From Opitutales bacterium (lineage in GTDB: Bacteria > Verrucomicrobiota > Verrucomicrobiia > Opitutales > PNEW01): DNA of 32,000 nucleotides. Location: assembly GCA_965219535.1 (NCBI GenBank), contig CBDCNV010000001.1:390001-422000 (forward strand), given 5' to 3'. Shown here piece after piece: positions 16,683 to 27,116 of the stretch (position 1 is its first letter; every line of letters begins with the position of its first letter). The translations under genes were made by a program, and so were the position numbers. The notes beneath the pieces were generated by a model. The model had not been told where the DNA came from. It made no database searches and saw only the letters and a list, made by a program, of their open reading frames with translations.

Positions 16683-19316
16683 TTACATCGAGTCCAAGTC
16701 AGTAAGAATTTCACGTGGCTGTGCTCCATTCTCAGGACCAACAATACCGCGGGCTTCCAGTATTTCCATGATCCGAGCGGCACGGTTATAGCCGATTCGC
16801 AATCGGCGTTGAAGCATGGATGTAGAGGCACGTTTAGTCGTTTGTAGTACTTTCATCGCATCTGGGAGGAGTTCATCATCATCGCCATCACCCCCCGCTA
16901 AATTTTCCTCCCCGGCAGTTTCCACATGTTTCTGGAAAGTTTCATCAATTTCAGGTGGACCGTTTTGTTTAAGATAATCGACGATCGTATTTATTTCTTC
17001 GTCGGAGACAAAAGCTCCTTGTGCTCGTAAAAGGCTATGTGCACCGGGAGGTAGAAAAAGCATGTCACCGCGCCCGATTAAATGATCTGCCCCCATCTGG
17101 TCAAGAATAGTACGGCTATCTACTTTTGCCGCAACTTTGAAAGCAATGCGGCTCGTTAAGTTAGCTTTTATCACGCCAGTAATGACGTTTACCGAAGGGC
17201 GCTGGGTGGATATGATGAGATGGATTCCCGCCGCACGTGAGAGTTGCGCAAGCCGTGAAACGCAAGTTTCTATATCAGCAGGGGCAACCATCATCAGGTC
17301 TGCGAGCTCATCGACAATACAAACAATGTAGGGTAGCCTCTTGGGGATTTCTATTTCGTCATCTCGAGGGACTTCGACGGTATTAACAGCCGCACGCTCT
17401 TCAGGAGTCAATTCGGCTTCTAATGCGTTTTGCTCCTTTTCCGCATCTGCATCCTGGGCGCGCTTGGCATTAAATCCTGCGATATTGCGAACGCTGATTT
17501 TGGCAAAGGTTTTATAACGATCTTCCATCTCTTTGAGCAGGTATTTCAAAGCGGCGGGTACTTTTTTGGGGTCAGTAACAACCGGGATCATCATATGGGG
17601 TAAATCATTGTAAACCTGTAATTCGACAATTTTCGGATCTACCATGATAAAACGAACATCTTCGGGGCTGGCATGGTAAATAAGAGAGGTGATTATGGAA
17701 TTGATACATACAGTTTTGCCAGAACCCGTTGCACCGGCGATAAGGAGATGGGGCATCTTTGTAAGGTCGGTTACGAGTGGCTTGCCACTGACTTCCTTTC
17801 CCAAAGCAATAGGTATTATCGCATTACTATCAGTCCAATCGGCGGATTCAATGATATCGCGAATTCTGACCTCAGAGGGATTTCGGTTGGGAACCTCGAT
17901 CCCCACACAGCCTTTTCCGGGAACCGGGGCCAGGATGCGTACCGATGTTGCTTTAAGCCCGAGAGCGATATTTTTATCTAAATTAAGAATTTTTTCAACG
18001 CGCACGCCGGCTGCCGGGTAAACATCGAATCGTGTCACTACCGGGCCCGTGTGTACTTCGCCCATGGAGACATTGACGCCAAATTCTGAGAGGGTGCGGA
18101 CAAGAGCCTCGGCTGTTGCAAGATGGTCTTCTTCATTGAAGCTTCCAAGAGACGCTGCATCCTGTGATTCGAGAAGGTCCAATGGAGGAAAGTTGTAATC
18201 ACCACGTTTCTGAGGAAGAGGAGTTTCAGCTTTCTTTGTCGGTTCACTGGCAATAATTTTGAGTCCTGAAGTAGCGCTCTGTTTCGTTGGAGTGGGTACG
18301 CTATCCAATTTGAGCGAGCCTCCTTTTTTCGCGACAGGTGCGGCACTTGCAGTTTGTGGCACGCTGCCAGGTCCTGAGGGCTGTGTCTCATCGAGAGGGG
18401 GTTCCTCATCATCGTCCATAAGCGGTTCTGCCCCCATTAGACCGATGCTTGAGTCTATCGAGGGTTCCTCTAATATCGCATCCCCATCCTCTGCTGCTTT
18501 TTCAGCCGCACGCTTAGACCCGGGACGAGGAAAGGGAGGTGTCCTCTTCGCATCAGCTTTGGCTTTTAATTCTGCTTCAGCCGCTAATCTTTTTGCTTCC
18601 TTACGTCCTGCTTTTGCCAATTTCCAATCTTGCCATTTTTTCTTCATCGCCCCTACGCGTGCGATGTTGTCGTAAAATAGAAAACCCGATGAGCCGAGAA
18701 AGAGGATCAGGATAATAAGATTACTCCCCACCGTCCCTAAGCTCCTGAAGAGTAAGCGTTCAAATAAAATATTGCCCGTGAGCCCACCCCAGCCATTGGG
18801 GAACTTTTGCAAATCTACGGACTCCTTACCAAAAGTTATAATTTCCAGCATATTGGAAAAAGCGGCAAAGCTTATTAAACCGAGCAATACTGCGCCCCAC
18901 CTCCATTTAGAAATGAGCTGTCCCATTTTATAAAAATTCATGTAACTCGCCCACATTAGGTAGAGAGGAATCAGCCAGGCGGAAAATCCAAGAAAGAAAA
19001 ACGAATAGAATCCGATTTGGGCGCCTATTTTACCAACGGCATTTTCCTCAGCCACAACCTCGTCTTCGTAATCTTCTAATTCCTCATCCTCGACTGGCTC
19101 CGGTGATAAATCGGGTGATTCATCCTCTTCCCAATCTTCATAGTCGCCAGCACCTGTTGTGATCTGTGGACTCTGGGAGGGATGATAATCCCATAGCGAA
19201 ACCAAAACGAGAACCGCCAAGAACAAAAATATCGAACCCAGGATAAAGTTGGGTTTAGCCGTTTTCGGGTTAAAGGTCGGCTTCTTTTTTGAACTTTTCT
19301 TTTTTCTATTCGCCAT
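16683..19316 (-). CDS. ftsK: DNA translocase FtsK/SpoIIIE
   Basis: 877-aa ORF with N-terminal TM helices, a Pro/Ala-rich linker and a motor domain carrying Walker A (HLLIAGATGSGKTV), IVDELADLM and STQRPSV. A C-terminal gamma winged-helix region reads STSMLQRRLRIGYNRAARIME. Confidence 0.95.
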   Translation of the reverse strand: MANRKKKSSKKKPTFNPKTAKPNFILGSIFLFLAVLVLVSLWDYHPSQSPQITTGAGDYEDWEEDESPDLSPEPVEDEELEDYEDEVVAEENAVGKIGAQIGFYSFFFLGFSAWLIPLYLMWASYMNFYKMGQLISKWRWGAVLLGLISFAAFSNMLEIITFGKESVDLQKFPNGWGGLTGNILFERLLFRSLGTVGSNLIILILFLGSSGFLFYDNIARVGAMKKKWQDWKLAKAGRKEAKRLAAEAELKAKADAKRTPPFPRPGSKRAAEKAAEDGDAILEEPSIDSSIGLMGAEPLMDDDEEPPLDETQPSGPGSVPQTASAAPVAKKGGSLKLDSVPTPTKQSATSGLKIIASEPTKKAETPLPQKRGDYNFPPLDLLESQDAASLGSFNEEDHLATAEALVRTLSEFGVNVSMGEVHTGPVVTRFDVYPAAGVRVEKILNLDKNIALGLKATSVRILAPVPGKGCVGIEVPNRNPSEVRIRDIIESADWTDSNAIIPIALGKEVSGKPLVTDLTKMPHLLIAGATGSGKTVCINSIITSLIYHASPEDVRFIMVDPKIVELQVYNDLPHMMIPVVTDPKKVPAALKYLLKEMEDRYKTFAKISVRNIAGFNAKRAQDADAEKEQNALEAELTPEERAAVNTVEVPRDDEIEIPKRLPYIVCIVDELADLMMVAPADIETCVSRLAQLSRAAGIHLIISTQRPSVNVITGVIKANLTSRIAFKVAAKVDSRTILDQMGADHLIGRGDMLFLPPGAHSLLRAQGAFVSDEEINTIVDYLKQNGPPEIDETFQKHVETAGEENLAGGDGDDDELLPDAMKVLQTTKRASTSMLQRRLRIGYNRAARIMEILEARGIVGPENGAQPREILTDLDSM

Positions 19317-19411
19317 ACCAATGTACTTTAAAGTATTGGGAAATGATTGAAATACAAGATCATATTGTTAATTTGGATCGCCAATACTTCACTCTTAGCG
19401 ATTATTAATTA

Positions 19412-20365
19412 ATGAATTTTGTAAAATTTAAGCCCCTATATCAAGAAAGGATATGGGGAGGCAATGGCCTGAAATCACAATTTGCCCGGTCATTACCGGA
19501 GAGTAAATATATCGGTGAAAGCTGGGAGCTTGTCGACCGTCCTGAGGCCCAGTCGGTTATTGCCTGCGGCGCAATGTCGGGGCTTACACTACGCCAGGCT
19601 ATTGAACAGCATGGAGCGCAACTTCTCGGGCCCGACTATCCTTTGAAACAACCTTTTCCACTCCTCGTTAAATGGCTGGATTGTCAAAAGCGTTTGAGCT
19701 TACAAGTGCACCCACCAGCTACCGTGGCTAACGCATTAAAGGGCGAACCTAAAACAGAAAACTGGTACGTCGCTACGGCGCAGCCCGATGCCACCATCGT
19801 TGTTGGTTTTGAACAAGAGATAACCCGCGAAATATTTAAAGAATCATTAAGAACCGATACATTCGAGTCCCTTATCCATCGCGTTACGGTCGAGCCGGGT
19901 GATTCTATGTTTGTGCCTAGCGGGAGAATTCATGCGATAGAAGGTGGTGTCTTAGTGCTCGAAATCCAACAGAACTCTGATACAACCTACCGTATTTACG
20001 ATTGGGACCGAAAGGGAATCAATGGGGAGTCGAGACAACTACATGTTGAAGAGTCATTACAGTGTATTAATTTTAATGATGTTAAACCCAATCCACTGCA
20101 AACCAATAGCGATGCGCAGATTATCGCTGACTGTCCGGAATTTTGTATTAGAAAAATAAGCTTAAATTCAGAATCGGGTCCATTGGAGTTTGAAGCTGAG
20201 GATCAACCGCGCCTTCTCCATATTATATCCGGCCGCATTGTTGAAAAGAAATCTGGAGCTTTCCTGAATAATGGAGACAATGTCCTCTTACCATTTTCCG
20301 CTTCATTTATTTTTGAAGCTGTCGATAATGCGGTGTTGCTTGTGACTGAAAACTTTATTGGGTAA
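19412..20365 (+). CDS. manA: Type I (class I) mannose-6-phosphate isomerase
   Basis: 317-aa ORF containing KPLYQERIWGG...GESWE..., LSLQVHPP and HAIEGGVLVLEIQQNSDTTYRIYDWDR, the cupin-type PMI motifs. Confidence 0.85.
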   Translation: MNFVKFKPLYQERIWGGNGLKSQFARSLPESKYIGESWELVDRPEAQSVIACGAMSGLTLRQAIEQHGAQLLGPDYPLKQPFPLLVKWLDCQKRLSLQVHPPATVANALKGEPKTENWYVATAQPDATIVVGFEQEITREIFKESLRTDTFESLIHRVTVEPGDSMFVPSGRIHAIEGGVLVLEIQQNSDTTYRIYDWDRKGINGESRQLHVEESLQCINFNDVKPNPLQTNSDAQIIADCPEFCIRKISLNSESGPLEFEAEDQPRLLHIISGRIVEKKSGAFLNNGDNVLLPFSASFIFEAVDNAVLLVTENFIG

Positions 20366-20395
20366 TTTCCCGCATCATCAGGCGTTACACGCTTT

Positions 20396-20420
20396 TAGTA
20401 AGATTATCTTACTATTTTTA
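20396..20420 (+). terminator. Weak candidate terminator or operator palindrome after manA
   Basis: Perfect palindrome TAGTAAGAT-T-ATCTTACTA (20396-20414) followed by TTTTTA. The stem is AT-rich with a minimal loop, so function is doubtful. Confidence 0.25.
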
Positions 20421-20582
20421 TATTATTAATTATAAATGTTCGGAATAAATGACTGGATTTTAAAAAAGTGTTTGAAAACTTGAAGAAAGATCAAAATCCT
20501 GCACGGTTTTATTTTAATTCTTTGCACATTTATAATTTATATGTGACTACATTTTATTTGATTATTCTAATCACAATTAGCC

Positions 20583-21269
20583 ATGAATAAATCTAATGAA
20601 GAATCGTCACCTTCTGATTCTGAGATAAATACTCAGTCGGAAAAGGAGTTGGATTCCAATAATCAAGATCTCAAGTCTGCGGTGGAAGACGAAAGTAATA
20701 CGGATACTGAATCGACGGATAAAGATAGCGAAGCTGATAAAAATTCCGAGACTACAGCCGGTACTGAGAACACAGTCGATGACTTAATAAAAAGGCTCGA
20801 TGAGGTTCAGGGTGAAGCAGAAGATAATAAAAATCTTTATTTGCGGGCTATCGCCGACCTCGAGAATTTTCGACGTCGTGCCGTTCGCGATAAAGAAGAG
20901 TCGAGAAGATTAGCAACTGAAGCGTTGATTGAAGATATGCTACCTGCACTCGATAACCTGGTTCTCGGTCTTGAAGCTGCAAAACAGCACCCAGAAGCCA
21001 AACCGGTAACAGAGGGATTTTCGATGGTCCTGACACAATTTGAAAGCATTCTTCAGCAACATGGGATTAAAGAAATTAATCCAGTTAATGAGAAATTTCA
21101 GGCAGACTTACATGAATGTGTTGCACATGAGCCCAGTAAAAAGTATAAGGAAGGTAAAGTTATTTCCGTAATACGAAAAGGTTATCTTTTGCACGAAAGG
21201 CTTGTTCGTCCCGCTTCGGTTATAGTATCGAGCGGAAAAGGTGGTAAAAAAATAAATCAAGATACCTGA
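20583..21269 (+). CDS. grpE: Nucleotide exchange factor GrpE
   Basis: 228-aa ORF with an acidic N-terminus followed by [21 protein letters not shown]...DMLPALDNL...[21 protein letters not shown]. Confidence 0.9.
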   Translation: MNKSNEESSPSDSEINTQSEKELDSNNQDLKSAVEDESNTDTESTDKDSEADKNSETTAGTENTVDDLIKRLDEVQGEAEDNKNLYLRAIADLENFRRRAVRDKEESRRLATEALIEDMLPALDNLVLGLEAAKQHPEAKPVTEGFSMVLTQFESILQQHGIKEINPVNEKFQADLHECVAHEPSKKYKEGKVISVIRKGYLLHERLVRPASVIVSSGKGGKKINQDT

Positions 21270-21271
21270 GT

Positions 21272-22402
21272 ATGTCCGAACAAGATTATTATGAGTTGCT
21301 CGGTATATCGCGCGAAGCTTCTGCCGACGAAATTAAAAAAGCTTATCGTAATAAAGCGATACAGTATCATCCTGATAAAAATCCGGATGACTCTTCAGCC
21401 GAAGAAAAATTTAAAAAAATTTCTGAAGCTTATGAAGTGCTCAAGGATTCTGAAAAAAAAGCCGCTTACGATCGATTTGGACACGCGGCATTTAAGCAGT
21501 CTGCCCGCGGTGGTGGGGCCGGAGGATTTCATGACCCTTTCGATATTTTCAAGGAAGTATTCGGCAGTGGCGGAGGGGGGATATTCGAGGAATTTTTCGG
21601 TGGCGGCAGATCTTCGCAAGGCGGTGCTCAGCGTGGTTCCGATCTTAGATATGATCTGGAGATCAGTTTGGAAGAAGCAGCTAAAGGGGTAACGAAGGAA
21701 ATCTCTTATCGCCGCGCCGTAGCGTGTAATCGTTGTGAGGGATCGGGTTCCGAACCAGATTCGCGTACCATACGCTGCTCCACTTGCGGGGGGAGCGGAC
21801 AGGTTACATCATCCCGCGGATTTTTCAGTGTCCGCCAGTCATGCCCGGGATGTCATGGTTCGGGGGTAGTGATGGAAAATCCCTGTAAAAAATGCCAGGG
21901 CGAAGGAAGAGTAATGGAGACGAGCAAAGTGAAATTACACATCCCCCCCGGTGTGGAAACCGGGTCCAAATTGCGATCTGCCGGAAATGGCGAAGCGGGT
22001 AATTTAGGAGGTGCGTCTGGTGATCTTTATGTCGTTATCCATTTAAAAGAACATGACATTTTTGAGCGCCAAGGGGACAATCTGTTTTGTGAGATTCCCA
22101 TTAAATTCACTCTAGCCGCACTTGGCGGCACCATTGATCTTCCAACACTCACGGGGAAAGCGTCCCTCAAAATTCCTCCCGGGACCCAGTCTGGCACCAC
22201 CTTCCGTCTTCGTGGCCATGGAGTTCCCAACTTGCGAAGTGGGCGCAAGGGCGACCAGTTGGTGCGTATGCAAATTGAAGTACCCGCTAAATTAAAAGCT
22301 GATCAGCGAAAGCTATTGGAAGATTTTGCGATCGCCTGCGGTGATGCAGATAATCCGGTGAGTAAGACGTTTTTGAAAAAAGCTAAACAGTTTTTTGAAT
22401 AG
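21272..22402 (+). CDS. dnaJ: Molecular chaperone DnaJ
   Basis: J-domain ([34 protein letters not shown]), a G/F-rich region and four CxxCxGxG zinc-finger motifs. The start is 2 nt after the grpE stop. Confidence 0.95.
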   Translation: MSEQDYYELLGISREASADEIKKAYRNKAIQYHPDKNPDDSSAEEKFKKISEAYEVLKDSEKKAAYDRFGHAAFKQSARGGGAGGFHDPFDIFKEVFGSGGGGIFEEFFGGGRSSQGGAQRGSDLRYDLEISLEEAAKGVTKEISYRRAVACNRCEGSGSEPDSRTIRCSTCGGSGQVTSSRGFFSVRQSCPGCHGSGVVMENPCKKCQGEGRVMETSKVKLHIPPGVETGSKLRSAGNGEAGNLGGASGDLYVVIHLKEHDIFERQGDNLFCEIPIKFTLAALGGTIDLPTLTGKASLKIPPGTQSGTTFRLRGHGVPNLRSGRKGDQLVRMQIEVPAKLKADQRKLLEDFAIACGDADNPVSKTFLKKAKQFFE

Positions 22403-22419
22403 ATTATTTTCTCAATATA

Positions 22420-22935
22420 TTGATTCTTGTGACCGTCACAAATCAACTTCCCAATCCTAAATGGTTGTCTTTGGATGAAGCTGTAAAACGGCGCGCGCGC
22501 CTTCGCGAGGAAGGTACCTCACTCGTCCTTACTAACGGCTGTTTTGATCTTTTACATTCAGGACATATTTATTTTTTAATTAATACCGCGGCTCTGGGTG
22601 ACGTTCTCTGGATTGCCCTTAATAGTGATGAAAGTGTTCGCGATTTAAAAGGATCGTCCCGCCCAATACAGAATGAAAAACTACGCGCTTACAATCTTGC
22701 AGCCCTGGAGTGTATAGGCGGTATCATAACTTTCAATTCCAAGCGTCTGAATGTGGAAATACAAGCGCTTGAACCCGACATATACGCTAAGGCAGGTGAT
22801 TATTCATTGGAGACAATAAATAAAGAGGAGCGCCGCGCCTTAGAAGCGGCAGGGACTAAGATAGTTTTCATTCCCTACCTTGAAGGTCACAGCACGACGG
22901 AACTGATAAAAAAAATAAATCATCATAGTGATTGA
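22420..22935 (+). CDS. Cytidylyltransferase-like adenylyltransferase (RfaE/HldE domain II-like, D-glycero-beta-D-manno-heptose-1-phosphate adenylyltransferase)
   Basis: 171-aa ORF containing LVLTNGCFDLLHSGHIYFL (the nucleotidyltransferase HxGH motif) ...LNSDESVRDLKGSSRPI. The start codon is uncertain: TTG at 22420 or GTG at 22429. Confidence 0.7.
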   Translation: MILVTVTNQLPNPKWLSLDEAVKRRARLREEGTSLVLTNGCFDLLHSGHIYFLINTAALGDVLWIALNSDESVRDLKGSSRPIQNEKLRAYNLAALECIGGIITFNSKRLNVEIQALEPDIYAKAGDYSLETINKEERRALEAAGTKIVFIPYLEGHSTTELIKKINHHSD

Positions 22936-22975
22936 ATAAGTGATGAGACGGGGGATTGGATTTTAATTTCGAGTC

Positions 22976-23860
22976 ATGTACACAATTCATTGTGCAATAG
23001 ATCCTGAACTTACCGATCAACTTGAGGATTATTTTTGTGAATGGGTACGTTCACCATGGAGCTTGGTAAGAAAACCGACAGAACGAAATTACCTACTTTA
23101 CGGTTACTTTTTCAGCGAGAAAGAAGCGAATGAAAACTGGCATCAATTGCGCGCTCAATTTATCGAGCTGCCGAGGGAAGTTGATTTTCAAGTCCTGCAT
23201 GATCGCGATTGGAAAGATGCGTATAAACAACACCTCAAATATAGAAAGTTACGCGATCTTCACTGGGTCCCTGCATGGGAAAAAGCAAAGGTTATAATAC
23301 CAACGGATGAATATGTCGTTTACCTTGATTCAGGCATGGCTTTCGGTACGGGGAGCCATGAATCGACGAGGCTTTGTGCAAATCGCCTTCTCGATTTTCG
23401 TGAACGCTATGCTGACACATGGCAATCAGCCGCCGTAATCGATGCCGGCTGCGGGTCGGGGATATTGTCTATTTCTGCGGCTGCTCTAGGTTTTAAAAAC
23501 GTCTTTGGCTTTGATAGCGATCCTGAAGCAGTAAGAGTGAGTATAGAAAATAGCACAATCAATGGGGTGGATGACCGCGTCGAATATTCCCTTGCCGGAA
23601 TTGAAGAAGGACTGGATCTAAAGCCTCGCGCCGATCTGATATTAGCTAATTTACAGTCGAACCTGCTTTGTATTTACGCTCAGAATTTCCTATGGACATT
23701 AAAGGTAAACGGTATGCTCGCGATGAGTGGAATTCTTACTACAGAGGTGGAGGAAGTAAAAAAAATCTTTGAAGACCTAATGAAAAAGGAATCGATGAAA
23801 TTTGATGTCGATAGCCGCGACCTTGGAGAATGGGCCGATCTATGTTATCGGAGGTTATAA
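22976..23860 (+). CDS. prmA: Ribosomal protein L11 methyltransferase
   Basis: 294-aa ORF containing LDSGMAFGTGSHESTRLC, the SAM-binding motif VIDAGCGSGILSI and DLILANL. Confidence 0.85.
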   Translation: MYTIHCAIDPELTDQLEDYFCEWVRSPWSLVRKPTERNYLLYGYFFSEKEANENWHQLRAQFIELPREVDFQVLHDRDWKDAYKQHLKYRKLRDLHWVPAWEKAKVIIPTDEYVVYLDSGMAFGTGSHESTRLCANRLLDFRERYADTWQSAAVIDAGCGSGILSISAAALGFKNVFGFDSDPEAVRVSIENSTINGVDDRVEYSLAGIEEGLDLKPRADLILANLQSNLLCIYAQNFLWTLKVNGMLAMSGILTTEVEEVKKIFEDLMKKESMKFDVDSRDLGEWADLCYRRL

Positions 23861-23927
23861 AATGGCCCCGTAATGTTAAAAGAGATTGGGCTGAATGGTA
23901 CTGAGGTGAGGGGATTAGTAAAAGTAT

Positions 23928-24123
23928 CTTCGTCTTCGTCTGCCTCATCGTCTTCGTCTCAACTATTATTAGACAATATAGTGTGATTAGTCTTGCATCC
24001 CAAGGTGGAGCGGGCTGTCCCTAGCACGCTTCTTCAATTACTTATAAATCAAACGCGCTAGGGACAGTGCGTTCCACCATGAAATTGTAGTTAATAACTG
24101 CAGGGACGAAGACGAAGACGAAG
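23928..24123. repeat. Long inverted repeat with (CTTCGT)n arms, element B, containing a nested REP/MITE-like hairpin
   Basis: Left arm CTTCGTCTTCGTCTGCC... starts at 23928 and right arm GGGACGAAGACGAAGACGAAG is at 24103-24123. The first 14 nt pair perfectly. The arms match element A at 10165-10290, but the interior is unrelated and includes the hairpin at 24004-24078. Confidence 0.8.
24004..24078 (+). repeat. Palindromic REP/MITE-like hairpin element, copy 2
   Basis: GGTGGAGCGGGCTGTCCCTAGCACG-25 nt-CGCGCTAGGGACAGTGCGTTCCACC, between convergent prmA and the yebC-family gene. Confidence 0.9.
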
Positions 24124-24164
24124 CTTTATTCTTATCTATTTACGATCCTGAAAATGGCCCCGTT

Positions 24165-24902
24165 TTATTCCACGTCGTCCTCGATATCATAGTTGGCATA
24201 GACATGCTGAACATCTTCCAGGTCTTCCAAGGTATCAACAAGGCGCAAAACCTTTTTCGCGATTTCCGCGTCATCAACGGGTACGAGAGTTGATGGAATC
24301 CAGGCGATCTCGGCAGAGTCAGGCTCAATACCTGCCTTTAAGAGCGATTGTGACACGTTATCAAATTTACCTATCGCACAGAGGACTTCAAAGTGGTCCG
24401 ATTCTGTTTTGATGTCATCCGCTCCCGCATCAAGCACGGTTTCGATAAGTGCATCCTCGCTCGTTTTTTCGCTATCGATTAGGAATTGTCCCTGCCGCTG
24501 AAAATTAAATGATAAAGCCCCGGCACCCGCGAGGTTGCCGCCCGCTTTAGTGAACGTACTCCTGACATCAGATGCGCTTCGGTTTTTGTTGTCGGTCGTG
24601 ACCTCTACGATAACCCCCACTCCTCCTGGCGCGTATCCTTCATAAGTCAGCTGTTCGTAACTTAAGCCCGGTAGTTCACCGGTGCCTTTTTTTATCGCTC
24701 GATCGACATTGTCTGCCGGCATATTGGCGGCCTTGGCCTTACTCATTACGGTGCGCAACCGTGGGTTGAATTCTGGATCACTTCCGTTTTCACGAGCAGC
24801 GATGGAGAGTTCTTTACTGATAATGCTGAATAGCTTGCCTCGCTTGGCATCGATCGCGGCTTTGTGCCGTTTCGTCGTTGCCCATTTGCTATGACCAGAC
24901 AT
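24165..24902 (-). CDS. YebC/PmpR-family DNA-binding transcriptional regulator
   Basis: The start MSGHSKWATTKRHKAAIDAKRGKLFSIISKEL... and the 245-aa length are typical of the family. Confidence 0.9.
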   Translation of the reverse strand: MSGHSKWATTKRHKAAIDAKRGKLFSIISKELSIAARENGSDPEFNPRLRTVMSKAKAANMPADNVDRAIKKGTGELPGLSYEQLTYEGYAPGGVGVIVEVTTDNKNRSASDVRSTFTKAGGNLAGAGALSFNFQRQGQFLIDSEKTSEDALIETVLDAGADDIKTESDHFEVLCAIGKFDNVSQSLLKAGIEPDSAEIAWIPSTLVPVDDAEIAKKVLRLVDTLEDLEDVQHVYANYDIEDDVE

Positions 24903-24935
24903 TGCAGTGAAGAGAATTAAAGCGTTGAAGAATAG

Positions 24936-26801
24936 CTATTTTCGTTTGGGTCGGTTCTTCCCTCGAGGCTTACCTTTACTTTTGGTTTGGGTGGGAGCCG
25001 TGGTGATCGGTAATGGATCTTTTTGTCGGTTGGTAATAAACTGCTGTAAAATAGACATAAGGTTCGACATCGTCCAATAGAGAACAAGACCGGAAGAAAA
25101 AGTATAACAAAAGATGAGAAAGATAAAAGGCATCAATTTAATAATTTTCTGCTGTGCACTGTCGATGGAGGGGGTTGGCATGATCTTCATCTGATAAAAC
25201 ATCGTTGCCCCCATGATGAGCGGAAGAATGTTCAGCGGAAATCCAGCAATTGTCGCTATCGTATCTGCTCTTGAGAGATCATCGATCCATAGAAATCCCG
25301 CGAATCGAAGTTCAGAGGAAGTACGAAGCATGTAGAAAAAAGAGATGAATATGGGTATCTGTATTAATACAGGTAAACACCCAGCCGCTGGGTTCACCTT
25401 GTTTTCTTTAAATAATTTGAGCGTTTCCCGCTGTAGTTTTTTAGGATTATCTTTATATTTATCCTTAAGGGCCTGTAGCGGCTCAGAAATTTGCTGCATC
25501 TTTTTTGACGACTGAGCGGACTTGGCAGTGAGTGGCCACAATATTGAACGGATAACAATCGTCATTAAGATTATCGCCACCCCGTAATTCCCCACCATTT
25601 TTTCGATCGCGATAAGGACGATGAGCATGAATTTACTTAAAATCCCAAAGAACCCAAATTGCATTACGAGGTCTTCTCGTTGTTCAAGTTGGGTGATTCT
25701 CTTGTATTCTTTCGGGCCTACGTAATAACTCATTTCAATCATACGTTCGGAACCGGGGGCTACTTGTTTTAAATCAAATTCAATACTCCCGGTTATTCCT
25801 TCCGGAGCTTTTTCAGCATCGTCAAATTGAGGAAATTCGACCGGCTTCGTTTGTATCCCTACGCCAGCCTGTGCGGGTGTAAGGATACCTGTAAAAAACT
25901 GATTCTTTACCGCGGCCCAGGATGTATTTTGTTTAATCACGATTTCAGACACTGGATCACGTTTAAAAAATCCGAGGAAACCACTGCCCTTGAATTTTTT
26001 TACATTAATAAATTTGGCATCTTCACTATCGAAGTAGCCGAAGTTCAAATAAAAGCCGCGTGGATCAGCTTCGGCCGGGGCAGCAGTCCCTACATTGATA
26101 AAAAGTTTATCAATGTTAAAGACACTTGGCGTACTGTTTTTAAAAGTCGTCGAATGCTTTATGATGTAGGGATCTGTCCCGTCCAAAGCACCGGTGATCG
26201 TATAATTGCGGATGAGGTCTATTCCCGGAATCAAAGCGAGGCTAAAGGTTATACTTTCACTGTCTCGACTTAAAAGTTTATACGCGGGCGCGTATTCTTC
26301 AACTCGGCCCCCTACGCCAATAATGTTAATACTCAAAGCCGGGACTTCACTGTTAGCGTTAAAAATGTAGGGTGCTGATTCGCCTTTTATCGCGGGGTAT
26401 TTTTTCAACCCAACTTCTTTAATCGCTCCTCCGTGACTCGTAAAATCGACACGAATAAAACTGTTTTCAAGGGTATATATTTCTTCCTGTAATTGCTGCT
26501 CAACAGAGAATCTTCTGTCGTCGGATGGGCTGATCGCCGAAGCGTTGTCTGAACTTGAAATAGTTTCAGCCATTGAATTCTGCGATTGTAAATGGGGTGG
26601 TTCTTTATTATTGGATAAACTTCCCATCGGACTAATGGATCCATTTTCGTTCTCCTCGAGCTGAGTTTCCTGTCCCGTACGTTCCGCCGCTTGCTGGGCT
26701 TTCTCCCAGGCCTGTTTTTGCGACTTTTGTCCCTGCCAAAGCATTAAGGCAAAGGCCGCGATTAACATCGATATGCCAATTAATAGGTAATTTTTATCCA
26801 T
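24936..26801 (-). CDS. yidC: Membrane protein insertase YidC
   Basis: 621-aa ORF with an N-terminal TM helix, a large periplasmic domain and a C-terminal 5-TM core (...AIILMTIVIRSILWPLT...NPAAGCLPVLIQIPIFISFFY...) ending in a basic tail. It sits in the conserved rpmH-rnpA-yidD-yidC order. Confidence 0.9.
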   Translation of the reverse strand: MDKNYLLIGISMLIAAFALMLWQGQKSQKQAWEKAQQAAERTGQETQLEENENGSISPMGSLSNNKEPPHLQSQNSMAETISSSDNASAISPSDDRRFSVEQQLQEEIYTLENSFIRVDFTSHGGAIKEVGLKKYPAIKGESAPYIFNANSEVPALSINIIGVGGRVEEYAPAYKLLSRDSESITFSLALIPGIDLIRNYTITGALDGTDPYIIKHSTTFKNSTPSVFNIDKLFINVGTAAPAEADPRGFYLNFGYFDSEDAKFINVKKFKGSGFLGFFKRDPVSEIVIKQNTSWAAVKNQFFTGILTPAQAGVGIQTKPVEFPQFDDAEKAPEGITGSIEFDLKQVAPGSERMIEMSYYVGPKEYKRITQLEQREDLVMQFGFFGILSKFMLIVLIAIEKMVGNYGVAIILMTIVIRSILWPLTAKSAQSSKKMQQISEPLQALKDKYKDNPKKLQRETLKLFKENKVNPAAGCLPVLIQIPIFISFFYMLRTSSELRFAGFLWIDDLSRADTIATIAGFPLNILPLIMGATMFYQMKIMPTPSIDSAQQKIIKLMPFIFLIFCYTFSSGLVLYWTMSNLMSILQQFITNRQKDPLPITTAPTQTKSKGKPRGKNRPKRK

Positions 26802-26837
26802 CTGGATTAGAGCATTGTCGCGGCTAGTGATCCCGTA

Positions 26838-27116
26838 TCAATTCCGTTTTTCTGGAACGGGATCATGTCCACCACGATGAAATGGATTACAGCATAGGAT
26901 TCGCCGCAAGATGTAATAGCTTCCGTAAATAAAGCCGTGACTGCGCAGACATTCGATAGCGTATGTGGAGCAAGTTGGATGAAAGCGACAGCCAAACTGT
27001 GGACCTAAAAGGATGTTTTTCAGGGGGGAAAATATAAGCCGATATACATGTATGAAAAAAAGGCTAATCTGCACCGGTATGTTTCGTGCATGGTTTTTTA
27101 ATTCAGTATCTTTCAT
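26838..27116 (-). CDS. yidD: Membrane protein insertion efficiency factor YidD
   Basis: 92-aa ORF containing ISLFFIHVYRLIFSP...GCRFHPTCSTYAIECL...CNPFHRGGHDPVP. It has a 4-bp overlap with rnpA. Confidence 0.9.
   Translation of the reverse strand: MKDTELKNHARNIPVQISLFFIHVYRLIFSPLKNILLGPQFGCRFHPTCSTYAIECLRSHGFIYGSYYILRRILCCNPFHRGGHDPVPEKRN

Noticed and set aside
20366-20582. HrcA/CIRCE operator or sigma-32 promoter upstream of grpE-dnaJ.
   Set aside because: No TTAGCACTC-N9-GAGTGCTAA-like inverted repeat is present. The CTTGAA at ~20479 is not followed by a convincing CCCCAT-type -10 at the right spacing.
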